Assembly: GCF_009914755.1 (NCBI RefSeq)
Contig: NC_060933.1
Source: the human T2T-CHM13v2.0 reference genome, Homo sapiens
DNA length: 64,000 nt
Strand: one strand, 5' to 3'
Position numbers and translations under genes: made by a program. The notes under the pieces were generated by a model. It did no database searches and was not told the DNA's origin. It saw only the letters and a program-made list of their open reading frames with translations. Numbering within the stretch: the stretch's first letter is position 1; every line of letters starts with the position of its first letter. Positions 49,711 through 64,000 of this stretch are shown here, piece by piece.

Positions 49711-50161
49711 TACAATATTAAGTCTTTTCATATAAAATATGGGATGTCTTTCCGTATAGTTAGGTCTTTAGTTTCTTTCAGTGATGTTTTGTAATTTTCA
49801 GTGTATTGGTCTTGCACTTCTTTTATTGGATTTATTCCTTTATTCTTTGGTAGATTGTTTCTTGGTAGTGTATAGAAATACAGTTGAGTTTTGTATATTG
49901 ATCTTGTTTTAACACATTTTTAATGACACTTTAAAAAATTTTAAGAGTGGATAAATATCCAGCAGTTTTATTCTGCAGCTGTAAACTGTTATTTAGAAAT
50001 GTGATATAATTAATTTAGAGTGACATAAGATAAACACCTGAAATTGAAATCTAGGAATTTTGATTTCTTAGGCTTTTTAACTATACATTTAGACACATCT
50101 TATTTTATCAAATAAGTCTGAAATAAACATAAATAAGTTAACATTTTATTTTTTATTTTAG

Positions 50162-50275
50162 TGTTAAATGTTTACAAAAGACAGTGAAGGATTCTTATCA
50201 CATAATGTGCAGGCCATGTGCCTGTGAACTTGAAGTTTGCGCAAAATGTGGAAAGAAAGAAGACATTGTTATTCC
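50162..50275 (+). CDS. C9orf85: C9orf85 coding exon 3 (C-VKCLQKTVKDSYHIMCRPCACELEVCAKCGKKEDIVI+CC)
   Basis: TTTTAG acceptor 50160-61; donor GTGAGT at 50276; 114 nt, phase 2 to 2; in frame with exon 2; three CxxC pairs. Confidence 0.95.
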
Positions 50276-50349
50276 GTGAGTGTTTCCTTTTATGTTTGAA
50301 TTTTACTCTTAGTGATTGATACATGAATTTCTTTTAAGAGATGATCCTT

Positions 50350-50749
<400 letters not shown>

Positions 50750-50883
50750 CTATATTTTTAAGAAAATAAAATATTTATGTGTGAGATTCATATTCATTAC
50801 AAAAGAATTACACATTATTTAACAACTTTTCTTTTAATAGACATCATATATTAATTTATTTGAGCCTACTTTAGTGACAATAG

Positions 50884-51297
<414 letters not shown>

Positions 51298-51348
51298 TAA
51301 ATAATGATAGCCTGGGAAATAAATAGAAATTTTTTCTTTCATCTTTAG

Positions 51349-51820
<472 letters not shown>

Positions 51821-52024
51821 GTCAATTTAGAATGTGAAATTCTGACCACCTTTTGGCTTTGAGTATTTTCCAAAAGATATTTGAAATCCTAATGAGGAAA
51901 TCAGAAAAAGCTATGGAAAAATAGACAAATTTCATACATGAACAATATAAATTGTGTATATTACTTAACATCAAACTAAACAAGATTCAGAATTGATGGT
52001 TGTATAAGAACTAGCTCATGTAAA

Positions 52025-52030
52025 AATAAA
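52025..52030 (+). terminator. Candidate poly(A) signal AATAAA
   Basis: First non-Alu canonical hexamer after the stop codon. Confidence 0.5.
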
Positions 52031-52554
52031 ATAACATTATTACATTGCCTCAAAAATTGGTCCTCGGTAAGTGCCTTTTGATAAATGATCTCAAATAAAT
52101 GACTCATAGCAAAAGCCCTGTCGCTTATGTTTAATTTTTACAAAGTAAAAGCAATTTTTTCCAAATAATAATGTTTAACAAGCGTATAGCAATTCTGCTT
52201 TGTATTTTTATATATTTCATCACATTTTAACTTTTTTCTCGTGAAATGTACATACAGAAAAAGTGCATATAATTTATACACTTTATAAGTGTATGCATTT
52301 TTTATAATAATTATAAAGGAAAGTTCATGCATTTATACACCTCGGTGAGGAAACTGCCAGCATCAGGACACCCCAGTGAGGCTCTCCCTCAGCAAAAGTT
52401 CATCTTTCTTCCCATAGTTGGCACTATTCTGAATTTTGATCATTATTGTCTTAATTTTTTTACTACCCATGTTTGTACTCCTAAACAATATAAATTAGCT
52501 TGGTCTGGGTTTTGTTGTTTTTTTTTTTTTTAACTCTTCTTTTTTTATTACGTT

Positions 52555-53203
<649 letters not shown>

Positions 53204-53826
53204 ATAGTTTGTTTTTTCTAACGTTGAGAGACATTTGAGTTATCTCACATTTTTCCTGTTACATCAATACTAGCATGAGCATTGTTACATGTGTCTGTTG
53301 GTAGACCTGTGCATTTCTGTTAGGTATGTATCTAGCAGTGGTAGAGGGAATCAGGTCGATGCATCTTCACTTTTGCTATGTAAAACAAAACTTTGCCGGA
53401 GAGATTTTATCCCCTTGTTCATAGAAATGGATTAGAATTTCAGCACTCTGCATCTTCTAATACTTGGTATCAGACTTTTAAATTTCTGCCAGTTGAATAT
53501 GTGTGCAATAGTATCTCTTTGTCTTAATAATTGTATTTCTAATTACAAATAAGCTTGAGCCCCTTTTTGTGTTTATTGGCTATTTCACTTTTGATAATAG
53601 GTGATATTAGGGAATAATTTAAGTGGAATGTTATTTTAGAAATCCATACTGAAATACTTAAGGATGTAATACTAATTTACTGTAAAATATTTCAGCATAA
53701 AAAAAGTGCAGACATAGATAACATTTCACTGACATCAGAAAATATTACCTGGGAATACATCAAAAAGTATTCAAGAACTCTGTCAACAAAAATATAAAAT
53801 CTTATCAAGACATTAAAGAAAGTGGA

Positions 53827-54503
<677 letters not shown>

Positions 54504-55040
54504 ATTTTCTGTCCATAAATTTGTGTGGCTTTCCTTTTTTGCATATAAACTTCTTTTCTGGACTATTTAACTTTTGTGATTAAGGAGCCAACTAAAGTCT
54601 TACTGGACCTACCATAAATTCTTTCCCATGTGAATGAATACTAATTCCTCAGATGACTTTACCAGGAAAAAAATTTAACAAAGAGCATCACCTAGTGACA
54701 TATATTAATAGCTGCATTTCATTCCTTAGTGCTAAGAAAGATTGTTTTGTATTTTAAGCAGACTTTATTATATTTAGTTCCTCTACATATATTTTTAGGA
54801 ATTAACCCTTCTAGTCCAAAAGCTGTTTGTATCATAACATACAGAAATGAGATGAAGGCTTTGTTTTGTTTTAATGAAATGAATCACTTTAATGTAGTGC
54901 ATTAATTTGTTGCACCTTGATATCTGGCAGGAGGATATCAAGACTGCATTCACATATTCTGAAATATTACAGTGCTTTATTATAGAAGTGCCAAAGCTCT
55001 GATCATAAAACTTATATGAGGAGCTTTTAAGAAAATTATT

Positions 55041-55422
<382 letters not shown>

Positions 55423-55499
55423 TCAACTGTAACAAATACAATTAGCTGCATATGGCAAAAAGCCATTCCCATGCCTATTTACTTCTCTACATACTAGAA

Positions 55500-55990
55500 T
55501 ATAGTACCCCCGTTGTCCCGTTTTCTCTTTCAAAGCCTCTCTTGCAACTAGGAGTATCCAGCATATGAGGGGAATCTGCTGAGACAATCTGGGAAAGACT
55601 TACCTCACTGACAAGAAGAAAGCACTTTTCAAAACAGGCTGTTTCTACCTGAATATGATTGTGAGGAAGCATGATGTCTAGAGCTTGCAGCCATGATAGG
55701 GGTACCAAACGAGCTGCAGAGACAGTGATCCAGAGCCCTGACATTGTGAAGCTGCTGAACTAACCAGCCCTGGGCTCACCCACCTCTAGAATTCTTGTAA
55801 GATAATTACATGTCCAGAGCTTTTTCAAGCACCCATATCTGTAAAAAAAAGTTTTTAAATAAAGTTTCTTTTGTTGTAAAAAAAAAAAAGTTAATTACAC
55901 GTCTCATTAGACATTTAATGCATAAGCTGTTGCTAATTAGAAATTCTGTTACTTTCAGTCAAATGCATTCCCAGCTGATACCTCAGCAAG
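55500..55990 (+). mobile_element. MLT1-type MaLR LTR fragment
   Basis: Diverged MLT1J/K-like motifs (GCAGCCAT; GAACTAACCAGCCCTGG...ACCTCTAGA). Confidence 0.45.
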
Positions 55991-56779
55991 TTTTATAACC
56001 CTATTTTATAGCACTTACGTGCTATGGCAAAAAGAGAAAGATCAGTGTATCAAAAAATGATTCATTAGTAGTGAAGGCTTATCAATTTGGTTGTTTGATT
56101 ACATTCTGCAAAAGAAGAATTGATATACCATGTATACAAGATTATATATGTAAGACCTAAATCTTATATAAGATAGATCTTATACACATTATACATTTAT
56201 AATGTAAAATTAAAACTGATAGATGTCACATTTATGCAAAGTTATAAATATTCCATGATCCTAAACTTTTTTCTTAAGTGAAATATATAACAATATTAAC
56301 CTTTAACACATCTTTGTCCCTTCCTTTTACCCCTCTTTCTAGGTCTTTTCCTTTCCTTGTAACATTAATCCTGTATTGAATGATTGCCCTGTAATTGTGG
56401 CATAGAATTTTTTTCTCTCGTATTGTTCAGATTTGTCAGCAATACTGAATGTTACAGGACCACTTTCCACAATTTTTACTGGCTACACTGATGGAATCTA
56501 GGGGGTTAGAATTGCTTACTCATCTCTATGCTAGTGAGTCCCACAATTTTGTCAATCATCATACCTACTGAAAAAAATCATACCTTTCCAAATCTCATAC
56601 ATGAAACTTTAATGTGGTTGCACCTTTAAACTAAGTGGTACAAGTGGTACAGTATTTCATCAAAACTTGGTTTAAACATTTCTATAACCTCTAGCAATGT
56701 TAATTTGAAGTATATGGATTAAATTTTAATAGTAAACATTTATATGTAAATCATTTAAATATTTTAAATGAACTTTTTA

Positions 56780-57066
56780 ATTTTTTGAGACGGAGTCTCA
56801 CTGTGTCACCCAGGCTGGAGTGCAGTGGCGCGATCTCAGCTCACTGAAATCTCTGCCTCCCGGTTTCAAGAGATTCTCTGGCTTCAGCCTCTCAAGTAGC
56901 TGGGATTACAGGTGCCCGCCACCATGCCCAGCTAATTTTTGTATTTTTTATGGAGACAGCGTTTTGCAATGTTGGCCAGGCTGGTCTCAAACTCCTGACC
57001 TTAGGTGATTTGCCTGCCTCAGCCTCCCAAAGTGCTGAGATTACAGGCATGAGCCACTGCGCCCGG
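56780..57066 (-). mobile_element. AluS
   Basis: Alu consensus match. Confidence 0.9.
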
Positions 57067-57129
57067 TCACTTTTTTTCATTTTTAAAGTAGATCAAATGT
57101 CTTTGAATTCAACATAAGTTGTAACTAAC

Positions 57130-57760
<631 letters not shown>

Positions 57761-58633
57761 ACTTTTAAAAATAAATTAGTAGTAATGTATTGTTGTGAAA
57801 TCCATGCCTTAAAATGAAACAACATAAATCTTGACTTAAACAAGAGTAGTAGATAAAACCACTCTGAGGCAGAATGATCTGAATCTCACCGCTGTGACCC
57901 TGTTCTCATTTCTTTACCTTCGTGACGTTATGTTATGTGTGCCTTTCTTTGAAAAATGAGGGCTGTAATTTCTACAGTGTAAACTTATTGTGAGTATTAA
58001 ATATGTAGAAAACACTTATCATAGTAGGGACTCTCTTCATGATGTTTATAAATATTACTTGATACTTTTTGGTTGAGACATTCCTTTCAAATCATCCTAG
58101 GGGGTTTTGTGGGCGTAGGAAGCAGGTAATCTTGAAACTCTCGGATGGAGGTAAAAGAAAGAAACCTGGAGACGGAATTCCTATTACACTGAAAGGGCAG
58201 AAGCAAACCCCTCCAATGAAAACATTTATACAGGAAAGTCAGGCTTGCTATTCACAGTTTTTAATACTTGTTGAGTTATAGACCCTTAAATAATACCACC
58301 CATAAAGGTGTGAGTGCAATAGCAAGCTTTAGAAAAAATATTGACAGTAACAACTTTATAAACTGTCCATTATTTCTTTGTCAAAACTATAACTATTGCT
58401 AATTATAATTGATATCACACACACACCAAGGAACTTGAGTAAATCAAGTGATCAAAAAATTGATATTTTAAAATTACAAAATTGAACTAAAAATAGAAAG
58501 TGAATTAGAAAAACATACTCCATTACACTGAACTTTTATTCAAATTCTAAATTTGCATTTTAAATTACAAATAAATTTTTAGCATAATTCAGTATGACCT
58601 TATGTATTCCACTTTTTATTTTTACTTGTTTAA

Positions 58634-58984
<351 letters not shown>

Positions 58985-61278
58985 TAATCTGTAAGAGTTA
59001 TTTATTTCTTTTGCCATTATGAAGAAAAATCATAACATGGGAACAATGACCTAAATAACTGAAAAAGGAAATGAATTGGCCCTGGGGAAATTGCCGTGAC
59101 CAGCTGAGGTTAGAAAAGATGGTCTAGAACAGGACAAAACTGACATCCCTTAGCAGAGGATATTACAACATGTCCGCAAAGTCAGGAAACATAAGATAAA
59201 ATGATTTTTAAAACTATATTATTTACACTTCCCAACAGTGTACTGTACTCAATATGTTTTCTGGCTAAGTACTCTAAATTTAAAGCAATAGGTCCAACTG
59301 TGACTCTGGAAAAACATATAATGAGTAATCTGGAAACACAGGGAGAATAGTATATTATATACTTCACCCAAAAACATTCTGAGCTCACTATTTAGAAGTG
59401 TAACTAAACAGTTACACACTGTTTAAAAATAAGTTTCTCCTATGTTTCTCGTCTCTGCAACACTTGTGGCTGCCAGCTGACACAAGGCAGGTGCAGTGTG
59501 AGTGGCTGCCAGTGGACAGTGACAAAAACAAGACTTACTGAAACAAACAAGTGTTTCATAAATAATTTGGAAACAATTTTGGAATCCCTTTCTTGGTCAT
59601 GGTAATAGTACACTTCAGATCCTATTAAGTGATTTATGTGTGGGAAATCCTCAACTGGTAATGCTGGAAATGCTTAATGATGCTATACTACTGTCCGTAA
59701 ATGTGAGAGGATATCCAACAGAAAATGAAAATCCCAGAGGAAGCAAGCCACAGTGAGGGGCCAGGCTGTCTCTGCAAGGTCATGAACATCTGATATAAAG
59801 TTTGCATTGTAGCTGTGTGGTTACACAAGCAGGTACAACTGAAATGGGCCCTAGGGGATAGATTAGAGACAAATCAGGAATCCACAAAACAGCTCCATAG
59901 TATGCTTGGACCAGCATCTAACCAGTCAACCTCTGTATATTTTTCCAGTCATACAGCATCCTCTTTTTCTATGATCCACTTGTCAAGTAAATTTTGCCCA
60001 CACATGGGACATGCTTCTAGTCCGAAAAATAAATCATGTTCTTCCCAGCTGTAAACTAATTGCAGAGATGACTAAAAACATCATGGAATTGAACTTAAAG
60101 CAGCAATTTTTCTTTTCTTGGTTCACTGCTGCATTAAGGAGTTGGAAGCTTTAGAAGGAGTTTCAACTCAGGAGTCACTGTCCCTTGAGTGAGACCCCAC
60201 CTGTATGGAGGAGCTGGTGATTCTATATCTGCACTTAACATTGTTAGTAGACTGACTACTATATCTTGCTATTTATATTCTATTTTTATATGTAGTAGAT
60301 GTGATTAGTTAAGTCCAAATTCAATTAAAATTATCACAGTATTCCTGAAATTATGTATTTCCTCAATTTATGCTTAAGGTTCAATTTAACTATTGTGGGG
60401 CTATGATTTTTTTGCTGTTAAAAAGGAATTCTTGGCCTGGAAATGGTTGGGAATTACTGAGAAAAATACCAGCCTTCATTGTGCTGTAAAGTCAGTTAAA
60501 TTGTATGAAAGCTTTTCTCATAGTGATAATTGTCTCTATATTTTTAAAATGCTTTATCGAGGCATAATTTACATGTGTAAGACTCACCAATTTTAAGTGT
60601 GTAATTTAACGATTTGGTAAATAGACAAGCATTGTGCATTTATCACCACAATCCAGTTTTAGAACATTTCCATCATCCCAAAATGATCCCTCATGCTCAT
60701 TTGTAGCCACTCCCCATTCCCACTCCCCAGCCCCAAGCAACTTAATCTTTTGTGTGTCCATAAAATTGCCTTTTATGAACCTTTCATATAAATGACATCA
60801 TAAAATATGTAGTCTTTGAGTCTAGCTCCATTCACCTTACATGACATTTTTGAGGTAGAGCCATGTTAAAACATGTACCAATAGTTCATCATTTTTTTTT
60901 TTTCTGAATAGCATTCCATTGTATGGACATACTAATTTTGTTTACCCCTTCAAATTTGGATTGTTTCCACTTTGGGCTATTATGAATGATACTGTTGTGA
61001 ACACTTGCATGCAAACTCTTTGTGTGGACATATGTTTTCATTTTTCGTGGATATATATACCTAAGAGGGAGATTAGATTGCTGGATTGTGTGGTAAATTC
61101 ATATTTAGTTTTTAAGGAACCACCAAACTTGTGGTAATAGCTGCACCCTTTTACAATCCTAGAGCTTTGTGAGGACTCCACACTGAGGAGGCTCAAGATC
61201 CTCGCCAACACTTGTAATTGTCAGTGCATTTTGATTTATTGTCATTCTAGTGTGTGTGAAGTCTCACTGTGGTTTTAA

Positions 61279-61590
<312 letters not shown>

Positions 61591-61632
61591 TAATTTGTAT
61601 ATTTCTAATGACTCATGATGTTGACTGAGCAT

Positions 61633-61950
<318 letters not shown>

Positions 61951-64000
61951 GACTGAACATCTTTTCATGTGTTTATTAGCCAATCCTATATCTTCACTGG
62001 TGAAATGTCTATTCAGATGTGTTGCCCATTTTAAAAATTGGGTTGTTTTCTTACCATTGAGTTATGAGTCTTTTATATATATTCTAGATACAAGTCCTTT
62101 ATCAGATATAATTTGGAAATATTTTCTCGCTGTCTGTAATGTGTTATACATCAATTTTAAGATATCCTTCACATTAAGAAACTAACGGTGTGGATAATAA
62201 TCCTGGTATTGACAGAGGTTTGGACTCCTGAAGCCTGAAAGTCTATCTGCTGCCACGCCTGGGCACATACTGCATCATTTACAAAACTGTAGAGCACCTG
62301 TTGTGTGTGCAGTTGTGATTTCTTATAGATTTTTAGAATTGGAAGGCATGTAAAGAACACGTAATCTGGTACATTGCTTCAGTAGGTAAGTCAGTATGAA
62401 CTTCTAAGAATTTTTGTTTTCTTCTGTATTGGGTCTATTGTGGGTATGTCCAACGTGACAGGGGAGGTAAGGGAAGTGGCATCCCCTGAGATAGTGACTG
62501 AAATGGCTTTCATCATCTTTAAGTCAAAGTGAGATGCCAGTAATAGGATATATGTATGTATGTACTTGTGTCTCTGTATGTATGTAAATAAACAAACATG
62601 CTGGAAGGAGGAGGTGATTCAATCAGGGACTTTGTGAAAGAAAAAAAGAATAACTGGACCTTCCTTTAATGATGAAAACTGTTTATACAGCAAACCATCA
62701 AAGCCAAAATGTGAATTTTGGTATTAGCCCGATTTTTCCTAAGAAACTGTTGATGTAACCACTGTAGTTGCAGAGATCGTTTTGGTATATTCTAGACCCT
62801 CTTTGTTTTGTTCTGTTTGGGGTTTCTTCCCCCTCAAGTTGCTCTTGTCCACCACTAGACTGGCTGCCTTTTATTCCATAGCAGACAGTCCTTAAGTCTT
62901 TGCATATGTCCTTATTCAAAAATTAATCTTCATCAGTTTTTTTCTGCAGAAAACAGTTTTTTAAATATCTTACATGAGAATGCTCTGCACCTGCAATCTC
63001 TGGTTGATGCAGTTTCCTTTCTCTCTTCTCTGTTCCCATTGGTAGAATAAATCTGCTCCTTCTTAAATCCTGAGCTGAAAATGTCCACACTTCCCAGAAG
63101 TGTACTTTAGAATCACCTGTAACATGTATTTAAAATACAGATTCCCCAGCTCCACGGGCAAAGCTCTCCTGCCATGTGACACCCTGATACAGTTCAGGGA
63201 GCCACTAAGGCAGGCCAAAATGGCTCAGCAGGCAAAGGTCCAAGCTGCCAGGGTAGTGTGTCATTACAGCATGCTTAGCATAGCTAGGAGGACAGGCTCA
63301 CACCCAGCCCCACAGCTGTTGCGCTACAGACTCAGGCACAGGGCTGTCTAACTGGCAGATGTGGGCCACAACTGTTGGAGACAAGCCAGCCGTATTTGGG
63401 AAAATCTTATTGTAAGGGGCAAGTGTGAGTGAGATTTAGGAGTCATGGGAAAATATACCAACACAGTAAATCTTGTGTTATAGGAGAGATGTGGAAGAAA
63501 GAGATAAACTACTGGCCAGGGTGTCTCCTGACTGGGTGACTTGCCACCACATGGGCCAGGCAGGTTGCGGCAGCTCTGCCTTTGGGAGGTGGCTGGAGGA
63601 GGGGAGGAGAGAGAGGCATGATGAAGACAGATGCACCCTTTCCTGAGCAGGGGTTAACATTCAGGGTGCCGAAAGGAATTCCACAGCCTGTTTCCCATCT
63701 CTCTTGTCCTCATCAAGTACTGGTCCTCGTGTATGTGTTCTGCTTCCGCTTTCTCAGGATGTTTACGTTTTTGCAAATACGTTTATGGAAAAGAGTTACC
63801 TCACCCACCTCTCCAAACATCTATTTGTTTTACATTTTTATTGCGGGGGAGTGATCTCTTTACATAGCTTCAAATGGCATAACATTCAGCAGTATCCAAG
63901 CTTAGATATATCTGATGAGAGGAAAGTAATTGTGAGGCCTTTGTTCTAGTTAAAACTTTGTCACTATCTGACTCCATGACTCCAGCAAATTGCTTCAACT

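Noticed and set aside
60139-60193. Short exon-like segment AG|GAGTTGG...TTGA|GTGAGA
   Set aside because: Weak splice sites, and the exon-3 frame hits TAG within five codons.

Overview
Human genomic DNA (about 48 Alus including a perfect human-specific AluYb8, old L1 fragments, about 10 solo ERV LTRs, MITEs). The only real gene is C9orf85 on the + strand (DUF2039 family, four CxxC pairs; recognised from the spliced peptide, 9q21 from memory). Exon 1 lies upstream of the window. Coding exons are 25663-25769, 50162-50275 and 51349-51499, and an alternative Alu-derived last exon at 61314-61530 is in frame with exon 3. Nearly all ORFs in the supplied track are Alu/LTR/L1 artefacts. The most interesting structure is in intron 2: a sense-strand ERV9 LTR12C solo LTR inserted (4-bp TSD) into an antisense HERV-W LTR17. 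Together they provide a promoter, a first ATG, a stop-free 42-codon frame crossing the junction, and a splice donor identical in 9-mer and phase to the natural exon-2 donor. This predicts an in-frame chimeric ERV-C9orf85 protein. That is an inference from sequence, not demonstrated expression. Repeat family names come from remembered consensus sequences. Boundaries of old repeats are approximate.
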